Position numbers and translations under genes: made by a program
Assembly: GCF_006345805.1 (NCBI RefSeq)
Contig: NW_021833654.1
Location: 1 to 58,121 of the forward strand
Direction of reading: 5' to 3'
DNA length: 58,121 nucleotides
DNA from: Octopus sinensis
Lineage: Eukaryota
Shown: piece by piece, positions 47,264 through 58,121 of the stretch
Layout of the letters: the number at the start of each line of letters is the position of its first letter
How positions within the stretch are numbered: position 1 is the first letter of the stretch
Notes under the pieces: model-generated
Databases searched by the model: none
What the model saw: only the letters and a program-made list of their open reading frames with translations
Told to the model about the DNA's origin: nothing

Positions 47264-48015
47264 AAGATATATAGAGAGAGAGAGAGAGAGAGAGAAAGAT
47301 ACAGAAAGCTTCATACGCATACACACACATACACACATGTATTGCATGTGAAATTTATTTGTGTGTGTTTTCTGTAGATTGATAGATTTACACATAGATA
47401 TATTGCATGTGAAATATATATATATATGTGTGTGTGTGTGTGCGTGCGTGTGTATGTATGTATGTATATATATGATGATGAAACTATATGCAACAGTAAA
47501 GATTAGTGAGATTTCCTCTATTGTTTTCTCTGTGTGTGTATGTATGTGTGTGTACCAGATTACGAAACACCGCCACAACTGGCCGACTCGCTGTGAAAAA
47601 AAAACCCACCCTGTCCTCCAAATCTCGCTTTCGTGGAAGAAGAAGAAGAAAAAAAAAGCAACAGGCAATAAAATGATGATGATGATATTCACACTGGCTC
47701 ACACACATCTACACACACAGGCAATCACGTTTCTCTAGATATACATAAAGTGTATATATATATGTGTAGTGTATATATTCCCTCCATCCACTAACTGTCG
47801 GTACACACTGGACTAAACTACTTTACATTATGGCCGTGAGTGTTACTTTGTTTTATATATGTATATATATGTATGTTTGTACATGTGTGTGTATATATAC
47901 ATGTGTAGTGTATATATTCCCTCCATCTACAACTGTTGGTTCACAGTGGATTAAACTACATTTCATTATGGTCGTGAGTGTTACAAGTTTTATATATGTA
48001 TATATATGTATGTAC
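45405..48015. repeat. Direct tandem duplication of about 1.3 kb
   Basis: CCCTATTTCTATTTTCCCTC at 45492 and 46791. The copies differ mostly in microsatellite length. Confidence 0.92.
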
Positions 48016-48049
<34 letters not shown>

Positions 48050-48050
48050 C

Positions 48051-48082
<32 letters not shown>

Positions 48083-48159
48083 TGTGTGTGTGTTTGTGTA
48101 TTTATGCTTGTCTGGTGTATATATGTACGTGTGGTAACATTAGTGACTATAATTGGGTT

Positions 48160-48790
48160 GGTGGTAATGGTAGCGATGGTTATGTCTCTGGTTCTGTGGT
48201 AGTGTTAGTGGTTCTTGTAAGTTGTGGCTGTGGTGCCAGTTGGATCAATGGTTGTAGTTGTTTTGGCGGTGGTAGTGGTTGATGTATTGGTGCTGGGAGG
48301 TAATGATTGTGTTGGTGGTAGTATTTGTGGTTGACATTGATTGTAGTTGTTTTGGTGGTGGTAGTGGTTGATGTGTTTGGTGGTTGTTGTGGTGGTGGTT
48401 GCGGTTGATGTATCAGTGGTTGATGTGGTGGTGGTAGTGGTTGTGTTGGTGGTAGTAGTTGTGGTTGACATTGATTGTAGTTGTTTTGGTGGTGGTAGTG
48501 GTTGATGTGTTTGGTGGTTGTTGTGGTGGTGGTTGCGGTTGATGTATCAGTGGTTGATGTGGTGGTGGTAGTGGTTGTGTTGGTGGTAGTAGTTGTGGTT
48601 GACATTGATTGTAGTTGTTTTGGTGGTGGTGGTAGTGGTTGATGTGTTTGGTGGTTGTTGTTGTAGTGGTGGTGGTAGTAGTTGTGGTTGACATTGGTTG
48701 TTGTGGTGGTGGTGGTAAGGGTTCTGGCTACGATATTTAGTGATGATAATGATTATGGTGTTGGCAGTGGTGGTAGTGGTGGTGGTGGTG
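48160..48790. repeat. (GGT/GTT)n block with a 134-bp higher-order unit
   Basis: TTGACATTG registers at 48331, 48465 and 48599. Confidence 0.88.
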
Positions 48791-49020
48791 GTGGTGGTTT
48801 CAGCTGTTCCAGTCATAATACAAATAGACATAATACCAGTAGTGAGAACAGTTCTTGTGGTAGTGGTAGTGGTTGTCGTTATTTAGTTTCCCCCGAAGCA
48901 GACTGATAATAAAAACCTGCTCCAGTCGTGACCATCATGTCTCTTTCATGAGGCTACATCCACCTAGGACTACCCTATCCAACACTGTTCTTCTTTTCTT
49001 TAAGTCTGTCATGTGTGAAC

Positions 49021-49522
49021 CAAAAAGAGTTTAGCTGTTATTTCTAGCATGTATAGGTGCTCGTGTTGCTTTTGTTGTCATAATTGTAATAGCAATTTTA
49101 ATTATTGTGTTAACGATGGGTGGGGTTGGCCGACCCGTTAGCTCATCAAAAGGAGTTTAGCTGTTATTTCTAGCATGTATAGTGGCTCGTGTTGCTTTTG
49201 TTGTCATAATTGTAATAGCAATTTTAATTATTGTGTTAACGATGGGTGGGGTTGGCAGACCCGTTAGCACACAAAAGGAGTTTAGCTGTTATTTCTAGCA
49301 TGTATAGTGGCTCGTGTTGCTTTTGTTGTCATAATTGTAATAGCAATTTTAATTATTGTGTTAACGATGGGTGGGGTTGGCAGACCCGTTAGCACATCAA
49401 AAGGAGTTTAGCTGTTATTTCTAGCATGTATAGTGGCTCGTGTTGCTTTTGTTGTCATAATTGTAATAGTAATTTTAATTATTGTGTTAACGATGGGTGG
49501 GGTTGGCAGAATCATTAGCACG
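49021..49522. repeat. Tandem array, 4 x about 126 bp
   Basis: GAGTTTAGCTGTTATTTCTAGC at 49027, 49153, 49278 and 49404. Confidence 0.93.
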
Positions 49523-49660
49523 TCAGGCAAAATGTGTTGTGGCATTTCTTCCGTTTCTACGTTCTGAGTTCAAATTCCGTTGAGGCCAACTTTGCCTTTC
49601 GTCCTTTCGGGGTTGATAAATTAAGTACCAGTGAAACACTGGGGTCAATGTCTGCCTTTG
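49500..49660 (+). mobile_element. Family-B SINE
   Basis: GGTTGGCAGAATCATTAGCAC...GCCTTTCGTCCTTTCGGGGTTGATAAATTAAGTACC. Confidence 0.8.
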
Positions 49661-49677
49661 TGGCAAAATATAAAACC

Positions 49678-49718
49678 ATTATTATTATTATTATTGTCAT
49701 TATTATTATTATTATTAC

Positions 49719-49749
<31 letters not shown>

Positions 49750-50107
49750 GTCATTATTATTATCATTATTATTATTATTGTTATTATTATTATTATCATT
49801 ATTATTATTATTGTTATTATTATTATTATCATTATTATTATCATTATTATTATCATTATTATTATTATTATTGTTATTATTATTATTATTATCATCATTA
49901 TTATTATTATTATTGTTATTATTATTGTTATCATCATTATTATTATTATTGTCATCATCATTGTTGTTGTTGTTGTTATTATTATTATTATCATTATTAT
50001 TATCATTATTATTATTATTATTGTTATTATTATTATTATCATCATTATTATTATTATTATTATTATTGTTATCATCATTATTATTATTATTGTCATCATC
50101 ATTGTTG

Positions 50108-50138
<31 letters not shown>

Positions 50139-50158
50139 ATTATTATTATTATTATTAT
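49678..50158. repeat. (ATT)n microsatellite, about 480 bp
   Basis: Direct reading. Confidence 0.95.
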
Positions 50159-50405
50159 AGCTGTGAACTAGCAGAATTGTTAGCATGCCAGGCAAGATGC
50201 TTAGAGGGATTTGATCCTTTCAGGGTCAATAAAATAAGTCCCGTTTAAGAACTGGGGGCAATGTAATTGACTTAGTCCCCTCTTCCCTAACATTGCTGGC
50301 ACGGGGCCAAAATTTAAAACCAATTATTGTTGTAGTAATAGTGGTGGTGGTGGTGGTTGTATTAGTAGTAGTTAGTAGTATTGATAATGACATGTGAGAA
50401 TGGAC

Positions 50406-50438
<33 letters not shown>

Positions 50439-50452
50439 AAATGTGGGTCAAT

Positions 50453-50886
50453 AGGTGCAGGAGTGGCTGTGTGGTAAGTAGCTTGCTTACAAACCATATG
50501 GTTCCAGGTTCAATCCCACTGCGTGGCACCTTGGGCAAGTGTCTTCTACTACAACCTCAGGCTGACCTAAACCTTGTAAGTGGATTTGGTAGACGGAAAC
50601 TGAAAGAAGCCCATCGTGTGTGTGTGTGTGTGTGTGTGTGTATACATATATATGTATGTATGTGTGTATGTATGTGTGTTTGTGCCCCCCCCCCCCAACC
50701 TAACATCGCTTGACAACCGGTGGTGGTGTGTTTATGTCCTCTGTAACTTAGCGGTTCGGCAAAAAAGAGACCAATAGAATAATTACTAGGCTTCAAAAAA
50801 TAAATCCTCGGGTCGATTTGCTCGAATAAAGGCGGTGCTCCAGCATGGGCGCAGTCAAATGACTGAAACAAGTAAAAGAATAAAAG
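50453..50886 (+). mobile_element. Family-A SINE, full length
   Basis: Head to AAAAGAAT tail. Confidence 0.9.
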
Positions 50887-51034
50887 TATGTGTGTGTGGG
50901 TGTGTGTGATGTTTATATATTTGTATGAGTATATGTATGGATGTATGTATATATTTGTGTGTGTGTGTATGCTGATATGTATGCTTGTAATGTGTTGGTT
51001 TGTGACTGTGATCTTTATATTTTTATATATACAA

Positions 51035-51423
51035 CTAGCAGTGTCGCCCGGCGTTGCTCGGGTTTGTAAGGGAAATAACTATATAAGCATTTTTAGAGAT
51101 GTAAAGTATAATAGCCATCTCAATATGGCTAACCACAAAGGGGGGGGTGTTTCTGTAGCTTTTTACGTTCTGAGATTTAATAATAAATTTTTAGAGAGTT
51201 ACTTCCCTTATATATGCCAAAAATGCATTAAAAATGGGGAAAATTGATGGTAAATTATTTTTTAAATCGTAGACACATTGTAGACGCGTGCTAATACCCA
51301 GAAGGGCTCGATATGAATCACGACTATAAGATACCCGGTTTTGGTTAAACTGCAAAATGTGGGAGTAGTTAGGAATCTAAATCGTAGGAGACAGACACAC
51401 AACTTCACTTTCATATATAAAGA
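51035..51423 (-). mobile_element. Non-autonomous Helitron (H6)
   Basis: A|CTAG, hairpin, GA|T, and a distinct internal segment at about 51100-51190. Confidence 0.88.
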
Positions 51424-51740
51424 TTTATTAGTGTGTGTATGTGTGTGGTTTTGTAAATATATGTATATGCGTAAGTGATACGTATACTTGTATGTTGCAT
51501 GTATTATAGAGTGTGTGTGTTTGTGTGAAATCATCTGTCAGACTTGTCAAAGATGCCTTCATCAACATACAACTTTTTTCTCACAGACTACAATGTGTCC
51601 ACTCTCTCTGTCAGTCCTACCACTACTACAGCAGCCTCTGTTCCCCTCAAACACTCGTTAACATCACCTACACACACATACATCATCATCATCCTCATCA
51701 TATGTCCATTTCCCATGCTGGCATGGGTTAGACTGTTTAA

Positions 51741-52206
51741 CCCTTTTGTTACCGTATTTCTGTTGAGATGCTCTGTGTTTCTTTCAATTATTTTAAATAT
51801 AACAAAGAATTTAGTAAAGTAACTTAGTTATCATTAAACTAGTATTAGAAACATAAATTGTGACTAAAGTTTGGTGGAAGATTTTAATTCAGAACTTAGG
51901 AAAACAAGACATTTGTACTACAGAGCCAGAGGTGGTTTCAGCCAGGTTGGTATCAAAAGGGTTAAAAATGTCATGGTGACTTCAACCCTTTTGTTACCAT
52001 ATTTCTGTTGAGATGTTCTGTGTTTTTCTCAATTAATTTTAAATATAACAAAGAATTTAGTAAAATAACTTAGTTATCATTCAGCTAGTGTTAGGAACAT
52101 AAATTGTGACTAAGGTTCGGTGGAAGATTTTAATTCAAAACTTATGAAAACAAGACATTTGTACTCAGAGCCAGAGTCGGTTTCAGCCAGGTTGGTATCA
52201 AAAGGG
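51741..52206. mobile_element. Dimer of piggyBac-type MITE family P2 inserted at a TTAA inside a family-C element
   Basis: TTAA at 51737-51740 and 52207-52210. Units 51741-51961 and 51986-52206. Same spacer as the 22.3-kb array. Confidence 0.92.
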
Positions 52207-52428
52207 TTAACTAGAACTAGTAAGGCAGAGAGCTGCACCAGGTTTCTGTCTAAATTGGCATGGTTCCTACCACTGGATACCATTCCTCACTCACAGTGCC
52301 TTTTATGTGTCACTGGTACTGTTGCATACATATATATTTGTTACGACAAGGGTACCGACGTCTGGTGTAAAATGGTATAGCCACAAATAATACATTGGTT
52401 GTGGTTACCTATATATAACCTGTCACAG

Positions 52429-53428
52429 AAATATTGGGTTGTCCGGAAAGTTCATGCCGATTTTTAAAGGAAAGAAAAAGGTCAATAAATACTTGCCATT
52501 ACATTTTTAATTGCCGACGACCACTCGGTTCAAAGTCTCCGTTGACCACATGTGGCCTGAACTCTTTACATGAACACCACCCTGTACATAACTCCATGTC
52601 CCCCTACATGGCCTTGCTTTTTGCTTTTTGAGCCAAAAAATTAACTAACTAACTAAATATGAACCATTTTGTTGCACAATGTGTCTCCATCTTTCATTTA
52701 ACTTGAAAATACCCTCTTCCCAGAATTGAGTTGGTTTCATGGCAAAGAATTCATCAAGGTATCTTTTTACCTCATCCAAGGAATTGAAATTTTTACCATT
52801 AAGACTATTCTGCAGAGACCTGAATAAGTGGAAATCCGAAGGAGCAATATCTGGTGAATACAGAGGGTGGGGTACCACATCCCAGCTGAGCTACAGCAAT
52901 TTTTGTCTGGTTCCCAAAGCATCAAGTGCCGAAAATGAACTTTCTTATCTTCCATTCTAAAGGGTTATAAAATTAACACAGGTTATAGGAACATAAACCT
53001 TCTTCCACGAAAAGATAGCTTAAACTGTGCTCTAAATGGAGGTGTAGTCAAATCCTATTTTATGGACTCAACCATGTTCTAAAATAAGTCGAAAGGTAAC
53101 CTACTATAAATCGGCACAAACTTTCCGGACATCCCACCCGAGCTGCAGCAATTTTTATCTGGTTCCCAAAGCATCAAGTGCCGAAAAGGAACTTTATCTT
53201 CCATTTTAAAGGGTTACAGAATTAACACAGGTTATAGGAACACAAGCCTTCTTCCACGAAAAGATAGCTTAAACTGTGCTCTAAATGGGGGTGTAGTCAA
53301 ATCCTATTTTATGGACTCAACCATGTTCTAAAATAAGTCGAGAGGTAAGCTACTATAAATGGGTATGAACTTTCTGGACAACCCAATATATGTTAACATG
53401 GAACACACCCTGTACTACTTGAACATAG
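52429..53428 (+). pseudogene. Candidate 45-nt coding exon disrupted by the mariner
   Basis: The empty site reconstitutes CAG|AA ATA TAT GTT AAC ATG GAA CAC ACC CTG TAC TAC TTG AAC ATA G|GTATGA. Confidence 0.45.
52434..53386 (-). mobile_element. Internally deleted mariner with a duplicated 5' end
   Basis: TA-TTGGGTTGTCC...GGACAACCCAA-TA. N-terminus MEDKKVHFRHLMLWE fused to C-terminus PHPLYSPDIAPSDFHLFRSLQNSL...RWRHIVQQNG. Direct repeat of about 250 bp at 52880-53137 and 53140-53386. Confidence 0.92.
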
Positions 53429-53615
53429 GTATGATATTCTCACTATTGACTGTTCAACTACCAACTGTTAAACCAACACGGTCAAACCAACCCCATCAAC
53501 TACCCCCCCCCCAACAGTTCACTTGGTCCTCATTGTAATCGATTAGTCCACCTTCAGTCAAGTGGGGGGGTGTTCAGGATTCTCCCATAACAATATTATA
53601 CACACATAGACATAT

Positions 53616-53870
53616 ACTCTTTTACTTGTTTCAGTCATTTGACTGTGGCCGTGCTGGTGCACTGCCTTTAGTCGAAGAAATTGACCTCAGGACTTATTCT
53701 TTGTAAGCCTAGTACTTATTCTATCGGTCTCTTTTACCGAACTGCTAAGTTATGGGGACGTAAACACACCAGCATCAGTTGTCAGGCGATGTTGGGGGGA
53801 GGACAAACACACACACACACCACACACACACAACACATATATATATATATATATTATATTATATATATAT

Positions 53871-53914
<44 letters not shown>

Positions 53915-54082
53915 TATACGATGGGCTTCTTTCAGTTTCCGTCTACCAAATCCACTCACAAGGCTTTGGTCGGCCCGAGGCTATAGTAGAAGACACTTGC
54001 CCAAGGTGCCACGCAGTGGGACTGAACCCGGAACCATGTGGTTAGTAAGCTAGCTACTTACCACACAGCCACTCCTGTGCCT
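53616..54082 (-). mobile_element. Family-A SINE, full length
   Basis: Complete reverse match. Confidence 0.9.
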
Positions 54083-54089
54083 ATTGTAG

Positions 54090-54136
54090 AAAACGAATCC
54101 TGTTTGAAGGCTTCTGACATTGCAAAACAGCTGGAA
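54090..54136 (+). CDS. Candidate coding exon (E)NESCLKASDIAKQLE
   Basis: TTGTAG| acceptor, GAA|GTTAGT donor, phases compatible with both neighbours. Confidence 0.55.
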
Positions 54137-54218
54137 GTTAGTCCAAGAATGTGTGTTACATGTCTGTTCTAACCCAGAACTGTAGCACCTGTTAGGGTCC
54201 CGGCTGTGTGTTCAATAG

Positions 54219-54320
54219 ATTCCCCAAGGGGTAAAGGGGATTCCCATTGATCTTGATAAAGCCATGGAGAAGGTGGATGTTCTAGGAGAAAGATTATCTG
54301 GAAACTCACAATCGAAATAA
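54219..54320 (+). CDS. Candidate terminal coding exon IPQGVKGIPIDLDKAMEKVDVLGERLSGNSQSK*
   Basis: 82-bp intron 54137-54218 (GT...TTCAATAG), phase 0, protein-like sequence, TAA at 54318-54320. Confidence 0.55.
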   Translation: MPQGVKGIPIDLDKAMEKVDVLGERLSGNSQSK

Positions 54321-54603
54321 TAACAGTCCTCTTGAAATATTTGGCACTGAGAGTGGCAAGCCTTTTTCACTTAAGTCCAATGGTGAACAGGTGTTTCGTT
54401 ATTGTGAAGTGGTTATCATGTGGCAAAATGAGGCAATGATCGCAGGTGTTTGTGTGTGTGTACGCAACTTTAGGAAACCATGCCAAATCAGACTGGAGTC
54501 TGGTGCAGCCTTCCAGCATGGACAATGGACATTAAATGATGGTGATGATGATGGTTACATACACACATACATATATATAAGTGTGTGTGTGTGTGTATGT
54601 ATG

Positions 54604-54634
<31 letters not shown>

Positions 54635-54812
54635 GTATATGTATAAAAATTTTAGAAATTTTCCGTATGTGGTCTAGCAACTTGTTGCAAAGACCCTCTT
54701 TGTTATAATTATATAAACTTTTACCGAATATGGTCCTTTTCCATACCAAAATACTACTTGGTGAACTTTGTTGATTTTATTAAATTAATTATATTTCACC
54801 CTTTATCTGTAA

Positions 54813-54845
<33 letters not shown>

Positions 54846-55661
54846 GTGTGTATATATATATATATACACACACACATACTTTCACACACTCACACACTTT
54901 CACACACTCTCACTCACTCACACACACACACACCACTCACTCACACACACACACTCTCACACGCGGAGTGCCATATACATTTCTGGTGGAATCACTCAAG
55001 CAATTTTCCGAGCGTCGGACGTCTGTTTGTCTCCGAGTCTCAGACAAATGCAGAAGGACTGTTATTCCTGTGCTTAATCACTTTAACCTAAAAACAAAAA
55101 AGGAAGAAAAATAAAACTCATGAGCGTCAGACAAATAGCAGAATTTTCAGTTCGTTAACATAATTAAGGAAATTAGCTCCTAACGAATTATATTCTACAA
55201 CTAATTTGAAGAATTTACTTAATTTAATAATTAGCTGGGAAAATAGTTGCCATTGTTCTTGATGTTGTTGTTGATGTAGTTTCTAGTGTGGTCTTTCAGA
55301 CACTCAGAAAACTACATCACGAAAGTTCAGATCCTGAGGTTTCGAGTTCAATTCCTGCTTGGTTAAATACTTTTATGTTTCTGCTCTTTGGGTTTAGAAA
55401 GTGTAAGTACCAGTTATACGCTACGTTATTTTGTGTTAATCGCATCCGTTCGTTTCGTTGCCAACACGATCTCTTTTCCCCCGCCCCCCCATAGCTTCGC
55501 CAGACTTTGACATCTTATTTTCTCTCGTACGTTCACTGGAAACCAGTATACGTGTCGTGTGTGTGTGTGTGTGTGTTTATGTGTCTGTGTTCGTCCACTC
55601 ACCGTCGCTTGATGTTGGTTTGTTTACATCTCCGTAACTTAGTGGTTCAGCAAATGAGACT

Positions 55662-55927
55662 CTTTACTCTCTTTTACTTGTTTCAAGTCATTTGACTGCG
55701 GCCATGCTGGAGCACCGCCTTTAATCGAGCAACTCGACCCCGGAACTTATTCTTTTGTAAGCCCAGTAAGCCCAGTACTTATTCTATCGGTCTCTTTTGC
55801 CGAACCGCTAAGTAACGGAGACATAAACATACCAGCATCGGTTGTCAAGCAATGCTAGGGGGACAAACACAGACACACAAACACACACACACAAACACAC
55901 ACACACCATATATAATAATAATATAAT

Positions 55928-55961
<34 letters not shown>

Positions 55962-56213
55962 ATATATATATATACACATATATACACATATATACGACAG
56001 GCTTCTTTCAGTTTCCGTCTACCAAATCCACTCACAAGGCATTAGTCGGCCCGAGGCTATAGTAAAAGACACTTGCCCAAGATGCCACGGAGTGGGACTG
56101 AACACTGCCAGATCAGACTGGAGCCTGGTGCAGCCTCCTGGCTTCCCAGACCCCGGTCGAACCATCCAACCCATGCTAGCATGGAAAGTGGACGTTAAAC
56201 GATGATGATGATG
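55662..56213. mobile_element. Family-A SINE (-) fused to a family-C 3' end (+)
   Basis: Junction GGGACTGAAC|ACTGCCAGATC at about 56102 with AAC microhomology. Confidence 0.85.
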
Positions 56214-56321
56214 ATATATATATATATTCACATATATATTTGTTTGTGTTTACATATACACACGTATGTATATATGCATACATATTTTACTCTTATTCAC
56301 ATATACATCTGTATTTTTTGT

Positions 56322-56379
<58 letters not shown>

Positions 56380-56923
56380 CACAAATTTAAAAATAGGATA
56401 AAATCTTGATAAGAAATCTTAACAAGAAATTATCAAGTAGTCAGCGTGAAAAATCTCATAAATGTACATACATATATATATGTACATATATATTTAATAT
56501 ATAATTATACATAGATATATATAGTACATATATATATACATACATACATGTATATATATATGTACATATATATATATACACACACACACCCATATATATA
56601 TGTATGCATGTATGTGTGTGTGTTTATATACACACACACACACAAAAGTGTATGGCGGTTCCATAATGCGTTATAAGTTCCTCGCATAAACGAGACCTCT
56701 ACTCACATGGTGGCAGACAAGAGGTAGAACATTTCCCTCTCTACTCCCCTGGGGGTGATGTTGACCTCATGACCTCGTGACCTCCTAACCTATTAATATT
56801 TCTGAAATATTGTGTTTCCAAATGCCCCCCCCCCCCCCCCGACACCACCACCACTACTACTAACCCCCCTCATTCACTGTTCCCTGTCTGTCCTGCCTAT
56901 CTTTGTCACAGGCATGTAATATA

Positions 56924-58121
56924 GGCGCAGGAGTGGCTGTGTGGTAAGTGGCTTGCTTACCAACCACATGGTTCCAGGTTCAGTCCCATTGCGTGGCACC
57001 TTGGGCAAGTGTCTTCTGCTATAGCCTCAAGCCGACCATAGCCTTGTGAGTGGATTTGGTAGACGGAAACTGAAAGAAGCCCATCGTATATATATGTATA
57101 TATATATATAATATGTGGCTGTGTGGTAAGTAGTTTTTGCTTACCAACCACCATGTTCCAGGTTCAGTTCCCACTGCGTGGCATCTCATCTTGACAAGTT
57201 CTTCTGCTATAGCCCCGGGCCGACCAATGCCTTGTGAGTGGATTTGGTAGAGGGAAACTGAAAGAAGCCTGCCGTGTATATGTATACATATATATATGTA
57301 TAAATACCAGACTTTTTTTTTTTTTAATGTTTGGGGTAGGTGCGGTTCAATTTGTTCAAGGCGGTGCCCCAGCATGGCCACAGTTCAATGATGGAAACAA
57401 GTAAACGATAATAATAATAATTTGGGCAAGTGTCTTCTGCTATAGCCTCAAGCCGACCAATGCCTTGTGAGTGGATTTGGTAGACGGAAACTGAAAGAAG
57501 CCCATCGTATATATATGTATATATATATATATATGTGGCTGTGTGGTAAGTAGTTTGCTTACCAACCACATGGTTCCAGGTTCAGTCCCACTGCGTGGCA
57601 TCTTGGACAAGTGTCTTCTGCTATAGCCCCGGGCCGACCAATGCCTTGTGAGTGGATTTGGTAGACGGAAACTGAAAGAAGCCTGTTGTGTATATGTATA
57701 CATATATATATATGTATAAATACCAGACTTTTTTTTTTTTAATGTTTGGGGTAGGTGCGGTTCAATTTGTTCAAGGCGGTGCCCCAGCATGGCCGCAGTT
57801 CAATGATGGAAACAAGTAAACGATAATAATAATAATTTGGGCAAGTGTCTTCTGCTATAGCCTCAAGCCGACCAATGCCTTGTGAGTGGATTTGGTAGAC
57901 GGAAACTGAAAGAAGCCCGTCATATGTATATATGTTTGTGTGTGTGTGTTGGTCCCCCTAGCATCGCTTGACAACCGATGCTGGTGTGTTTATGTCCCCG
58001 TCACCTAGCAGTTCGGCAAAAGAGACCGATAGAATAAGTACTGGGCTTACAAGAATAAGTCCCGGGGTCGATTTGCTCGACTAAAATGCAGTGCTCCAGC
58101 ATGGCCAGTTCAAATGACTGA
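56924..58121 (+). mobile_element. Family-A SINE pieces in a tandem reiteration of about 415-421 bp
   Basis: TTGGGCAAGTGTCTTCTGCTATAGCCTCAAGCC at 57001, 57422 and 57837. Confidence 0.85.

Noticed and set aside
48180-48831. Mucin-like Thr/Pro/Gln-rich ORFs
   Set aside because: The underlying unit is 134 bp (not a multiple of 3), so the same peptides rotate through the frames. It is a non-coding repeat.
49534-50248. Poly-Ile and poly-Leu ORFs
   Set aside because: (ATT)n microsatellite

Overview
AT-rich, very repeat-dense eukaryotic genomic DNA. The repeat inventory points to an octopod cephalopod (inference from family resemblance, not a database hit): tRNA-derived SINEs with CORE-like and Meta-like central domains, (GAT)n-tailed RTE-type LINE ends, Helitrons, mariners, piggyBac- and Merlin-like MITEs, and very long micro- and minisatellites. 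No intact autonomous transposon, CRISPR array or recognisable named gene is present, and almost all ORFs in the supplied track are microsatellite or repeat translation artefacts. Scattered + strand segments with AG/GT boundaries and open frames (18.5, 26.9, 30.2, 37.4, 52.4/53.4, 54.1, 54.2 kb) may be exons of an unidentified host gene. One tRNA-Glu(TTC) copy is present. The most notable observations are: (1) two Penelope-like terminal-repeat copies each carrying a minimal type I hammerhead fold with the same non-canonical core (CUGURGA); (2) a TTAA-flanked piggyBac-type MITE that appears to move as head-to-tail multimers with a fixed spacer; (3) fold-back elements whose arms share copy-specific variants, including a perfect 88-bp stem; (4) a mariner remnant inserted into a probable symmetric 45-nt coding exon; (5) two young LINE 3' ends inserted tail-to-tail about 100 bp apart inside an older RTE. 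Coordinates were counted by eye and may be off by a few bases, most of all for SINE ends.
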